DNA of 54,445 nt from Thermoplasmatota archaeon (GTDB lineage: Archaea > Thermoplasmatota > Thermoplasmata > UBA10834), in contig JAJISI010000001.1 of assembly GCA_022848805.1 (NCBI GenBank), positions 1 to 54,445 on the forward strand. The letters are read 5' to 3'. Positions 16,987 through 25,512 of this stretch are shown here, in pieces. The notes under the pieces were generated by a model that was given only the letters and a program-made list of their open reading frames with translations, was not told where the DNA came from and made no database searches. Every line of letters begins with the position of its first letter. Positions within the stretch are counted from its first letter, which is position 1. The position numbers and the translations under genes are program-made.

Positions 16987-17555
16987 GTGGAGAGGCCGCA
17001 CCATCCCTGGGACAGGCGGTGATGTTCCGGTCCAGGGACTTCCTCAAGTGGTCGGATGAGGTTCTGGAGTACATGTTGCGCAAGTCTCCCATAGGCGGAG
17101 GCATCGACTTGATCACCAAGAATTTCTTCAACTGGGCGACGAGGAACTCGTTGTACTTCCTTCATTTCGGCATAATGTGCTGCGCTCTGGAGATGGCCGT
17201 CGCATCTGCGCCAAGGTTCGACCAGCAGCGATTCGGTATCATACCCAGGTCAAGTCCTCGACAATGCGACGTCCTGCTTGTCAACGGGCCAGTGACCAAG
17301 AAGCTCAAGCCGGCCCTGAGGAGGCTGTACGACCAGATGCCTGAGCCCAAGTGGGTCATGGCGATGGGCGAGTGCGCCATCTCGGGCGGGCCGTTCTACG
17401 ACAGCTACAGCATGGTTCCAGGGGTCGACCGGTTCATTCCCGTCGACATTTATATACCGGGCTGTCCTGCAAGGCCAGAAGCCTTGATAGACGGTTTCCT
17501 GAAGCTTCAGAAACTCATAAAAGAGAACAAGAAGGGCCTGCTAACGGGCCGGTAG
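16983..17555 (+). CDS. nuoB: complex I-like subunit B (20 kDa, cluster N2)
   Basis: The ATG overlaps the nuoA stop (ATGA). Motifs CCALEM...[10 protein letters not shown]...PGCPARPE. Confidence 0.85.
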   Translation: MSGEAAPSLGQAVMFRSRDFLKWSDEVLEYMLRKSPIGGGIDLITKNFFNWATRNSLYFLHFGIMCCALEMAVASAPRFDQQRFGIIPRSSPRQCDVLLVNGPVTKKLKPALRRLYDQMPEPKWVMAMGECAISGGPFYDSYSMVPGVDRFIPVDIYIPGCPARPEALIDGFLKLQKLIKENKKGLLTGR

Positions 17556-17566
17556 GGGTGTGCAGA

Positions 17567-18076
17567 ATGTCTGAGGGGGATAAGCGGAGTTCAGCAGGGG
17601 TCGTTGGCATAGAGACGGCCCCGAGCCGCGTAGGCGAGAACCCTGAACGCAGGGTGTTGAGGGCGTTGGCTGAATCGTTCCCCAAAACCGTTTCTGAGGG
17701 AACCCAGCTCAGGCCTGGCGTGATGCGCGCCAAGGTCGACCGGTCCGATCTGTACAGCGTATGCAGGACCCTCAGGGAGGATCTGGGCTTCGAGCATCTG
17801 ACCATGATCTCCGCTGTCGACTACGATGACAGGTTCGAGATTATCTATCACATCGCATCATATCAATCGAGGCTGCTTATCGAGCTGATATCCACCACAC
17901 CGAAGGACGATCCCGTGGTGGATTCAGTCTCTTCGATCTGGGGCGGAGCGAACTGGCAGGAGCGAGAATCGTACGACCTCATGGGCATCGAGTTCAAGAG
18001 CCATCCTAAGCTGGAACGTATACTGCTGCCCAAGGATGTGCTGTACCATCCGCTCAGGAAGGATTTCAGGGGGTGA
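17567..18076 (+). CDS. nuoC: complex I-like subunit C (30 kDa)
   Basis: ORF trimmed to ATG 17567. ANWQERESYDLMGIEF signature. 169 aa. Confidence 0.8.
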   Translation: MSEGDKRSSAGVVGIETAPSRVGENPERRVLRALAESFPKTVSEGTQLRPGVMRAKVDRSDLYSVCRTLREDLGFEHLTMISAVDYDDRFEIIYHIASYQSRLLIELISTTPKDDPVVDSVSSIWGGANWQERESYDLMGIEFKSHPKLERILLPKDVLYHPLRKDFRG

Positions 18077-18082
18077 CCATGA

Positions 18083-19165
18083 ATGGCTGAGATGTGGATC
18101 AACATGGGACCCCAACACCCGATGACGCACGGGCTCTGGAACCTCAGGGTCAAGGTCGACGGTGAGACCATCGTCGACGCCGAGCCAGAGGTGGGATACC
18201 TCCACAGAGGCATCGAGAAGCTCTGCGAGGCAAGGACCTACCCTCAGATCATACCGATCGCCGACCGACTCTGCTACGGTTCGTCACTCACTTGGTCGCA
18301 CTTGTACTGTCTCACGGTCGAGGACCTCATGGACATCGAGGTGCCCGAACGGGCGGAGTACATCCGGGTGATGGCGATCGAGATGCAGAGGATCGCCTCT
18401 CACCTCATGTGGCTCGCAGCGTACGCGGGCGACCTGGGTCTAGCGGTCGGGTTCACATACACCATGAGGGACAGAGAGGTGTTCGTGGACCTTCTCCAGG
18501 CATTGACCGGGTCAAGGTTGACCTACAACTATCCAAGAATCGGCGGGGTCGCGCACGACCTCCCACCTGATTTCGAGAGAGACACGGTCAGAGCGGTACA
18601 GTACATGGAGATGCGCCTCAAGGAGTACGAGGACCTGTTCGATGGGTCCAAGATATTCATGATGAGGAACGTCGGCATCGGCATACTGAGGAAGGAGGAC
18701 GGGATCAACCTCGGCGTGACCGGGCCTTCCCTCAGGGCCAGCGGAGTGGATTACGACCTTAGGAAGGACATGCCCTACTCGGTCTATCCGGAGATGGACT
18801 TCGAGGTGGTCAAACACGAGGACGGCGACTGCTACGCTCGGTACAGGGTGAGGATGGACGAGATGTGGGAGAGCTGCAGGATCATCCGCCAGGCACTCCA
18901 GAAGATGCCGACGGGTAGATGGAGGGTCGTGGCTCCGAGGAACGCCCCTGTCGGGACCGGGCTGGGCCGTGTCGAGGATCCGAGAGGCGAGGCGGTGATG
19001 TATGCCGTGGGAGACGGCACGGACAGGCCGTACAGGCTGAAGATCCGAAGCCCCATCTTCGTGACTGTCTCGGCCGCTCCGAAGATACTCGTCGGTTACA
19101 AACTCGCCGATGTCGTCGCTATCATGGGCGGCCTCGATATGTGCATAGGAGAGAACGATAGGTGA
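18083..19165 (+). CDS. nuoD: complex I-like subunit D (49 kDa)
   Basis: MGPQHPMTHG...GYLHRGIEKL signature. 360 aa. Confidence 0.85.
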   Translation: MAEMWINMGPQHPMTHGLWNLRVKVDGETIVDAEPEVGYLHRGIEKLCEARTYPQIIPIADRLCYGSSLTWSHLYCLTVEDLMDIEVPERAEYIRVMAIEMQRIASHLMWLAAYAGDLGLAVGFTYTMRDREVFVDLLQALTGSRLTYNYPRIGGVAHDLPPDFERDTVRAVQYMEMRLKEYEDLFDGSKIFMMRNVGIGILRKEDGINLGVTGPSLRASGVDYDLRKDMPYSVYPEMDFEVVKHEDGDCYARYRVRMDEMWESCRIIRQALQKMPTGRWRVVAPRNAPVGTGLGRVEDPRGEAVMYAVGDGTDRPYRLKIRSPIFVTVSAAPKILVGYKLADVVAIMGGLDMCIGENDR

Positions 19166-19169
19166 CTAC

Positions 19170-20297
19170 ATGAACCTGTATCAGTTCTGCTACGGAATCG
19201 TCCACTGGCTCGTTGGCCTGGTCAACAACATATGGTATTGGCTGGGGGACTTCCTTCCGTGGTACTTCGGCGACCTCTTCACGGCGATCGGGAACTTCGC
19301 AGCTTCCGAGGGTCACCTCTGGTTCATGACCCTCCTGGTCGAAAGCGTCGTCGTAGTAGTCATCGCCTTGATCAACGTGCTCAACTTCCTTTGGATATTC
19401 AGGAAGCTGAGTGGGAGGATCCTGGACTTCTACGGGCCGTACTACGTCGGGTACAGGATCGGCGGCTGGCTCCAGAACCTCGCGGACGGGATGAAGCTGT
19501 TCATCAAGGAGATAATCGTCCCTACCAAAGCCGACAGACTCGGATTCCTCCTCGCTCCGGTGATATTCGTCGGCTCTTCCCTGACGATCCTAGCGGTCAT
19601 CCCTTTCAGCGTCGATTTCGGGATTTCCACGAGCGAGTCCGGGGAGTATGTCTCAGCGGGGGCGTTGTTCGCGCTCGCGGCCTTCTCGATCGCCCCGTTC
19701 GCCATCCTACTCGCGGGCTGGTCGTCAAACAACAAATACACCTTGATCGGCGGTATGAGGTCCGCGGCCCAGATGATGAGCTACGAGATACCGCTCATAC
19801 TCTGCGCTGCCAGTGTCTTCCTGCTCGCCGGAAGTTTCAACTTCGTGGAGATCGTCGATGCGCAGAGTGGCATCTGGTTCTTCATCCCCCTCTTCATCGG
19901 TTTCGTGGTGTTCCTGATATGCTTGATGGCTGAGGTGGAGATCATTCCGTTCGACCTTCCCGAGGCAGAGGCGGAGCTGGTGGAGGGCTGGACCACCGAG
20001 TACGGTGGGATGCGGTTCGGACTGTTCTACATGACCACGGCCGTCAGGTCGTATGCCGGTGGAGCGCTTGCGACAGCCTTGTTCCTTGGTGGATGGCACG
20101 GCCCATCGTTCCTCCCGGACGAGATATGGTTCCTGATCAAGGCGTACATCGTGTTCACGGTCTTCATGTGGTTGACATGGTCGGTCCCAAGGATTAGGAT
20201 AGACCAGATGCTGGTGTTCGGATGGAGACGGCTGCTGCCGTTGGCGGTACTCAACCTGCTGATCGCGGCTGCCTTGAAGTCTGGAGGTTGGTTCTGA
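19170..20297 (+). CDS. nuoH: complex I-like subunit H
   Basis: Polytopic, with GWLQNLADGMKLFIKE and PFDLPEAEAELVEG signatures. 375 aa, with about 45 aa of extra N-terminus. Confidence 0.85.
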   Translation: MNLYQFCYGIVHWLVGLVNNIWYWLGDFLPWYFGDLFTAIGNFAASEGHLWFMTLLVESVVVVVIALINVLNFLWIFRKLSGRILDFYGPYYVGYRIGGWLQNLADGMKLFIKEIIVPTKADRLGFLLAPVIFVGSSLTILAVIPFSVDFGISTSESGEYVSAGALFALAAFSIAPFAILLAGWSSNNKYTLIGGMRSAAQMMSYEIPLILCAASVFLLAGSFNFVEIVDAQSGIWFFIPLFIGFVVFLICLMAEVEIIPFDLPEAEAELVEGWTTEYGGMRFGLFYMTTAVRSYAGGALATALFLGGWHGPSFLPDEIWFLIKAYIVFTVFMWLTWSVPRIRIDQMLVFGWRRLLPLAVLNLLIAAALKSGGWF

Positions 20298-21205
20298 TGG
20301 ATGACCGTCGGAAGCCAAGGACGACAGGAGTCGTCCTGAACCCCATGAAGCGGACAGGGAAGCAGCTGGTCCGGACGCTGATACTCGGCAAGCCCAATAC
20401 GGTCCTGTATCCTGAGGAGAAGCTTGACCTTCCCCAGGTCTACCGAGGAAAGCATGCCCTTGATTTCAAGAAGTGCATCGGTTGCGGCAACTGTGTGGTC
20501 GTCTGCCCGAACGATTGCATGTGGTTGGAGAAGGTGGAGGATCCCGAGCTGGGTAAGATCGAGCGGCCCGGCGTAGATCTCGGGAGATGCATGTTCTGCG
20601 GATTCTGCGCAGAGGTGTGTCCGACAGTGGCCCTTCATATGACGACCGAGTTCGAGCTTGCCGACAGCGACAGGGAGAATCTGAGGTTGAGCCCGCTGGA
20701 CATACGAGACGATTCGTTCGGCGAGACGTTCGTCGAGGAGAGGGAGAAGCGGCTGGTACCCGTCCTCGATCTGTCGAAGTGTGACGGCTGTGAGAAGTGT
20801 GCCGGTGAGTGCCCCGAGATGTGCATCGCGATGATGCCCATCGAGAACACGGGCAGGAAGAAGCCGGAGATCAACCTCGTCAAATGCAAGTCCCACGGCA
20901 AGTGTGCGGAGACCTGTCCGGAGAAGGCACTGACGATGACCGAGGTGTACGAGTCGTACTTCGATATGCCTGAGCCCAAGCTGATCCTGGATAACTGCTC
21001 GGGCTGCGGATTATGCGCGAGGAAGTGTCCGTCCGAAGCCATATACATGCTCGAGATGCCTGGGACTGAGAAGACCCTCAAGAACGGCAAGAAGGGCAAG
21101 CCGAAGAAGAGAGCGGTGTTCGTGCTGGAGAAGTGCGTCGGCTGCGGGAGATGCTATCAGGCTTGTAAGTTCGACGCCATCGACATGCCGGGGGTGAGGA
21201 AATGA
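20297..21205 (+). CDS. nuoI: complex I-like subunit I with a C-terminal polyferredoxin extension (six Fe-S motifs in total)
   Basis: ORF trimmed to ATG 20297, which overlaps the nuoH stop (TGATG). The canonical NuoI core carries CIGCGNCVVVCP and CMFCGFCAEVCP. The extension carries CDGCEKCAGECP, CKSHGKCAETCP, CSGCGLCARKCP and CVGCGRCYQACK. 302 aa. Confidence 0.85.
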   Translation: MDDRRKPRTTGVVLNPMKRTGKQLVRTLILGKPNTVLYPEEKLDLPQVYRGKHALDFKKCIGCGNCVVVCPNDCMWLEKVEDPELGKIERPGVDLGRCMFCGFCAEVCPTVALHMTTEFELADSDRENLRLSPLDIRDDSFGETFVEEREKRLVPVLDLSKCDGCEKCAGECPEMCIAMMPIENTGRKKPEINLVKCKSHGKCAETCPEKALTMTEVYESYFDMPEPKLILDNCSGCGLCARKCPSEAIYMLEMPGTEKTLKNGKKGKPKKRAVFVLEKCVGCGRCYQACKFDAIDMPGVRK

Positions 21206-21465
21206 CGTGGGAAATGCTCGTGTTCCTGTTCCTGGCATCCTCTGCCCTGTTATCCGCATTGTGGGTCATCTCCGCCAAGGAGATAGTCCACAGCGTCATC
21301 GGGATGGCGACCTGCTTCATCGCTATCGCGTGCCTCTTCATCATGCTGAACGCCGAGTTCGTTGCCATCGTCCAGATTCTGGTGTATGTGGGCGCGGTCA
21401 CCATAGTGGTCCTGTTCGGTATCATGCTCACTAAGCGTGAGATAATGGAGAGTGAGAGGAAATGA
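21202..21465 (+). CDS. nuoJ: complex I-like subunit J, N-terminal part (TM1-3)
   Basis: 87 aa ending after the conserved QILVYVGAVTIVVLFGIMLT helix. The stop overlaps the next ATG (ATGA). Confidence 0.75.
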   Translation: MTWEMLVFLFLASSALLSALWVISAKEIVHSVIGMATCFIAIACLFIMLNAEFVAIVQILVYVGAVTIVVLFGIMLTKREIMESERK

Positions 21466-21710
21466 GGAGGAGGGCTGCTTCGAAGGTCATCGCGGTCTGC
21501 CTCCTGGCCCTCCTGTTCGTCCTGGCCGTTACAGAAGCGTCCTGGCCAGAGGGCGAAATGGACGAGACTACCAACAAGGATGTGGGCGAGGTACTGTTCG
21601 GCACGCCTGAGGTCGAAGGTTACGGTCTCGCCTTCTTCCTGATAGGCCTGTTGCTGCTCGTCGCTATGCTCGGCGGTGTGTTCCTCGCGAAGGAGGAGGA
21701 GAGCGAATGA
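21462..21710 (+). CDS. nuoJ: complex I-like subunit J, C-terminal part
   Basis: 82 aa, two TM helices. GYGLAFFLIGLLLLVAMLGGVFLAK resembles the NuoJ C-terminal helix. It overlaps nuoK by 4 nt. Confidence 0.65.
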   Translation: MRRRAASKVIAVCLLALLFVLAVTEASWPEGEMDETTNKDVGEVLFGTPEVEGYGLAFFLIGLLLLVAMLGGVFLAKEEESE

Positions 21711-22027
21711 TACCGATCGAGTACTGGCTGGTGTTCAGCTCGCTTCTCTTCTGCGTAGGCGCTTACGGCGTCCTGACCAAACGGAACGCGATAGTCGTCC
21801 TGATGTGCATCGAGATAATGCTCAACTCCGCGAACATCAACCTCGTGATGTTCAGTTCGTATCACAACGTCTTGCACGGCACCGCCGACCCGTCAGGGCA
21901 GGCCTTCGCGTTGTTCTCCATCGCGATTGCAGCGGCCGAGGTGGCGGTTGGACTCGCTATACTGCTCTCGGTCTACAGACGGTACAAGACGATCGAAGTC
22001 GACAAGATCAATATCCTGAGGTGGTAG
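21707..22027 (+). CDS. nuoK: complex I-like subunit K
   Basis: 106 aa, 3 TM, with conserved membrane Glu residues (MCIEIMLNSANI; AAAEVAVGLAIL). Confidence 0.85.
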   Translation: MIPIEYWLVFSSLLFCVGAYGVLTKRNAIVVLMCIEIMLNSANINLVMFSSYHNVLHGTADPSGQAFALFSIAIAAAEVAVGLAILLSVYRRYKTIEVDKINILRW

Positions 22028-22028
22028 A

Positions 22029-23990
22029 ATGCTGGAGTACGCATGGCTCATACCTGTGTTTCCGTTCGTAGCATTCATACTGATCGCCATCCTGCCGAAG
22101 CGTACCCTGTCATGGGAGGACGGCGCTGGATACGCGATCGGAGGCGCGGCCGCCGCGTTGATTCTTTCAGTGCTCGTGATCTGGGAGGTCATGTCGGGCA
22201 GCACGATGGTCGGGGACGGCCCGAAGTTCGAATGGCTGGTCATAGGCGATATCTCGATCACGTTCGGCATTTGGATCGACCAGCTGACTGCGGTCATGCT
22301 GGTCGTCGTGTCGGTGGTCGGCACGCTCGTCGTGATATACTCCGGCGCGTACATGCACGGGGAGGGCGAGAATCGAAGACGGTACTACGCCGAGATCATG
22401 CTCTTCATATCCGTGATGTACGGTTTGGTGATATCCGACAACTTCCTTCAAATGTTCATCTTCTGGGAGCTTGTGGGCCTGTGCTCCTACCTTTTGATCG
22501 GCTTCTGGTACGAGACGCCGTCCGCGGCAAGCGCCGCCAAGAGGGCGTTCATCGTGACGCGCGTGGGCGATATCATGCTCATGGCGGGCATAATCATACT
22601 CTTCAAGTATGTCGGCTCGCTCGATTTCGTCACCCTGTTCGATCAGGACACCGCAGCGGCTGTGCCTACCGACATGATGGTTCTTGCGACCGTGCTGATA
22701 TTCGGAGGCGCGATAGGTAAGAGCGCGCAGTTCCCGCTCCATGAATGGCTGCCTGACGCGATGGAAGGGCCTACCACTGTATCGGCCCTCATACACGCGG
22801 CGACGATGGTCAAGGCCGGCGTGTACCTCACGGCGCGCTCGTACCCGCTTCTGATTCAGGCTCCCGAGAGCCTGCTGTTCGTGGCGGTCATCGGTGGCGT
22901 GACGGCATTGCTAGCAGCCTCGGTGGCGTTAGTCGCGACGGACATCAAACGAGTGCTCGCATACAGTACGATCAGCCAGCTAGGTTACATGACGCTCGCG
23001 TTGGGCGCGGGAGGATACCTGGTCTTGTACGCGGACACCGGCGGCGGGTACTCTGCCGCGATTCTCCACCTGATGAACCACGCGTTCTTCAAAGCGCTCC
23101 TGTTCCTGTGCGCCGGTAGCGTGATCCATGCCGTGGGGACGAACAACATGAGGCTCATGGGGGGCCTTGGGAAGAAGATGCGCATAACGTCCATTACCAT
23201 GCTGGTGGGATCGTTAGCCATCGCCGGAATACCACCGTTCTCCGGCTTCTGGAGCAAGGACGAGGTGCTCGCAGCCGTCTATCACGCTGGCGAGTTCGAC
23301 GGCATATTCTTCCTGCTATGGTTCATGGGAATCGCCACTGTGTTCATGACCGCCTTCTACATGTTCAGGATGTGGTTCATGACGTTCGCAGGGGAGCCGA
23401 GGTCCGACTACCACGCTCACGAGTCCCCGAAACTCATGACATTCCCGCTCATGATACTCGCGGCGCTCGCCGCAGTATCCGGTTTCGCTTTGTTCATAAG
23501 TGATGGGTTCAAGTACTTCATCGAGGGCTCGATCGGAGGACTCCTCCACGAGGTGCATCACGAGTCCGCGACGGACATACTCGGCGTGATATTCGGTGAT
23601 CCGCTCACTTATGTCTCGCTCGTGCTGGCGGCCGGCGGCATACTCCTTGCTTACAAGATGTACTGCGTGCCTGGGTTCGACAGGTCTGTGTTCGCCCGTG
23701 GGATATCCGGACGGTTGCAGGTAGCGCTTGAGAACAGGTGGTACATCAGCAAGTTCTACGACGACTTCGCTCTCAGAGTCGTGTACTCCATCTCGTTGGT
23801 CGCGGACGCCTTCGACCGATACGTGATCGACGGCATTGTGAACGGGTTCGCGTACCTTGGCGGGCGGTCCGGCAACGTCATAAGGATGGCGCAAACGGGG
23901 AACGTTCAGAGGTACGCTGGACTCATCGTCATAGGCCTCTGTCTCCTGCTGATATTCATGCTGTACATCGTGCCGTGGGGAGGTTGGTGA
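22029..23990 (+). CDS. nuoL: complex I-like subunit L (antiporter-like)
   Basis: 653 aa, polytopic. WELVGLCSYLLIGFW and GKSAQFPLHEWLPDAMEGPT signatures. Confidence 0.85.
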   Translation: MLEYAWLIPVFPFVAFILIAILPKRTLSWEDGAGYAIGGAAAALILSVLVIWEVMSGSTMVGDGPKFEWLVIGDISITFGIWIDQLTAVMLVVVSVVGTLVVIYSGAYMHGEGENRRRYYAEIMLFISVMYGLVISDNFLQMFIFWELVGLCSYLLIGFWYETPSAASAAKRAFIVTRVGDIMLMAGIIILFKYVGSLDFVTLFDQDTAAAVPTDMMVLATVLIFGGAIGKSAQFPLHEWLPDAMEGPTTVSALIHAATMVKAGVYLTARSYPLLIQAPESLLFVAVIGGVTALLAASVALVATDIKRVLAYSTISQLGYMTLALGAGGYLVLYADTGGGYSAAILHLMNHAFFKALLFLCAGSVIHAVGTNNMRLMGGLGKKMRITSITMLVGSLAIAGIPPFSGFWSKDEVLAAVYHAGEFDGIFFLLWFMGIATVFMTAFYMFRMWFMTFAGEPRSDYHAHESPKLMTFPLMILAALAAVSGFALFISDGFKYFIEGSIGGLLHEVHHESATDILGVIFGDPLTYVSLVLAAGGILLAYKMYCVPGFDRSVFARGISGRLQVALENRWYISKFYDDFALRVVYSISLVADAFDRYVIDGIVNGFAYLGGRSGNVIRMAQTGNVQRYAGLIVIGLCLLLIFMLYIVPWGGW

Positions 23991-23994
23991 TAGG

Positions 23995-25512
23995 ATGTTG
24001 GAGGGTATACCCGTTCTCTCGCTCATAATCATCATGCCGTTGGTGGGCTCGCTGATCGCCTTCTCCCTTGGCAGGCGGGAAAACCTGGCGAAATGGGTCG
24101 CGCTGGCCTTCGCATTGGCAGCCTTCGTACTGTCCCTCGTGGTGGCCTTCGAGTTCGTCGTCGATCCGTATTCTGCCTCTCCCGGGGAGATCGAGTCGTA
24201 CAGTAACGGCTACCAGTTCTACGAGTCGCATGTTTGGATCGAGACGCTGGGGATCAACTACATGGTCGGGATGGACGGCATCAGCCTGCCGTTGTTCGTG
24301 CTGACCACGCTTCTATGCCTCCTGTCGATCGTCTTCTCGTGGGACACGAAGAAGAGGCCAAAGGAATACTTCGGCCTGATGTTGGTGCTCGAGGTGGGAG
24401 TGCTCGGGGTGTTCGTGTCCCTCGACTACTTCATGTTCTACGTCTTCTGGGAGATCGTCCTCATTCCGATGTACTTCATGATCGGCGTGTGGGGAGGTCC
24501 GAACAGGGACTACGCCGCGATCAAGTTCTTCATCTACACGCACATCGCGTCGCTCGCGATGCTCATCGCCATCATGGCGATGTACTTCGAGGCTGGCATA
24601 GAGACCTTCAGCATGGTGGCCATCGCCGAGGAGAGCGTCGGGTTCAGTCGTAACATACAGTTCGCGATATTCGCTGCGATGCTCTTCGGGTTCGGCGTCA
24701 AGTTGCCGATGGTGCCTTTCCATACTTGGCTGCCCGATGCGCATGTCGAGGCGCCGACGGCTGGAAGCGTGTTACTTGCGGGCCTGCTGCTCAAGATGGG
24801 CGGATACGGCCTGATAAGGGTCGCAATACCTTCGCTCCCGACAGGCGCCGAGGATATGATGATAGTGATGGCGGTGATCGCCGTCGTCAGCATCGTGTAC
24901 GGGGCGGTGCTCTGTCTAGCACAGACGGACCTGAAGAAGATGGTGGCGTACTCGTCCATCAGCCACATGGGTTTCGTCCTCCTCGGCTACGCGACGCTCG
25001 GTGAGCTCGGCATAGTTGCCGGAGTGTTCCAGATGTTTGCACACGGCCTCGTGACTGCGGTCCTGTTCATGATGTGCGGCGTGCTCCAGCATAAATGCGG
25101 CACGCGCTTGATACCGAAACTCGGCGGCTTGGCGAAGAAGATGCCGATCGCGGCTACCTTACTGACCGTGGGCTTCCTCGCATCGCTCGGCTTGCCAGGC
25201 CTCGTCAGCTTCGCGGCGGAGTTCATGGTGTTCGCCGCGATGTTCTTCAAGTGGGGTATGTGGGTGTTCGTGCCGATCGGGGCGGTGGCTATCACGGCCG
25301 GTTACTACCTGTGGGCGCTTCAGCGCTCCATGTTCGGTCCGCTCACTGACCGTATCGACACGTCCCACCTGAAGGACGTCGACTGGTACGAGGGCGTTCC
25401 GGTGGCTATCCTGATCGTTCTGATAGCCATATTCGGCGTGTTCCCTTCGCTGGTGTTCGACCGTATCTGGCCCGCGGTCGATTTCGCCCTAAGGGCCTTC
25501 GGAGGTGGCTGA
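23995..25512 (+). CDS. nuoM: complex I-like subunit M (antiporter-like)
   Basis: 505 aa. FYVFWEIVLIPMYFMIG and VKLPMVPFHTWLPDAHVEAPT signatures. Confidence 0.85.
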   Translation: MLEGIPVLSLIIIMPLVGSLIAFSLGRRENLAKWVALAFALAAFVLSLVVAFEFVVDPYSASPGEIESYSNGYQFYESHVWIETLGINYMVGMDGISLPLFVLTTLLCLLSIVFSWDTKKRPKEYFGLMLVLEVGVLGVFVSLDYFMFYVFWEIVLIPMYFMIGVWGGPNRDYAAIKFFIYTHIASLAMLIAIMAMYFEAGIETFSMVAIAEESVGFSRNIQFAIFAAMLFGFGVKLPMVPFHTWLPDAHVEAPTAGSVLLAGLLLKMGGYGLIRVAIPSLPTGAEDMMIVMAVIAVVSIVYGAVLCLAQTDLKKMVAYSSISHMGFVLLGYATLGELGIVAGVFQMFAHGLVTAVLFMMCGVLQHKCGTRLIPKLGGLAKKMPIAATLLTVGFLASLGLPGLVSFAAEFMVFAAMFFKWGMWVFVPIGAVAITAGYYLWALQRSMFGPLTDRIDTSHLKDVDWYEGVPVAILIVLIAIFGVFPSLVFDRIWPAVDFALRAFGGG

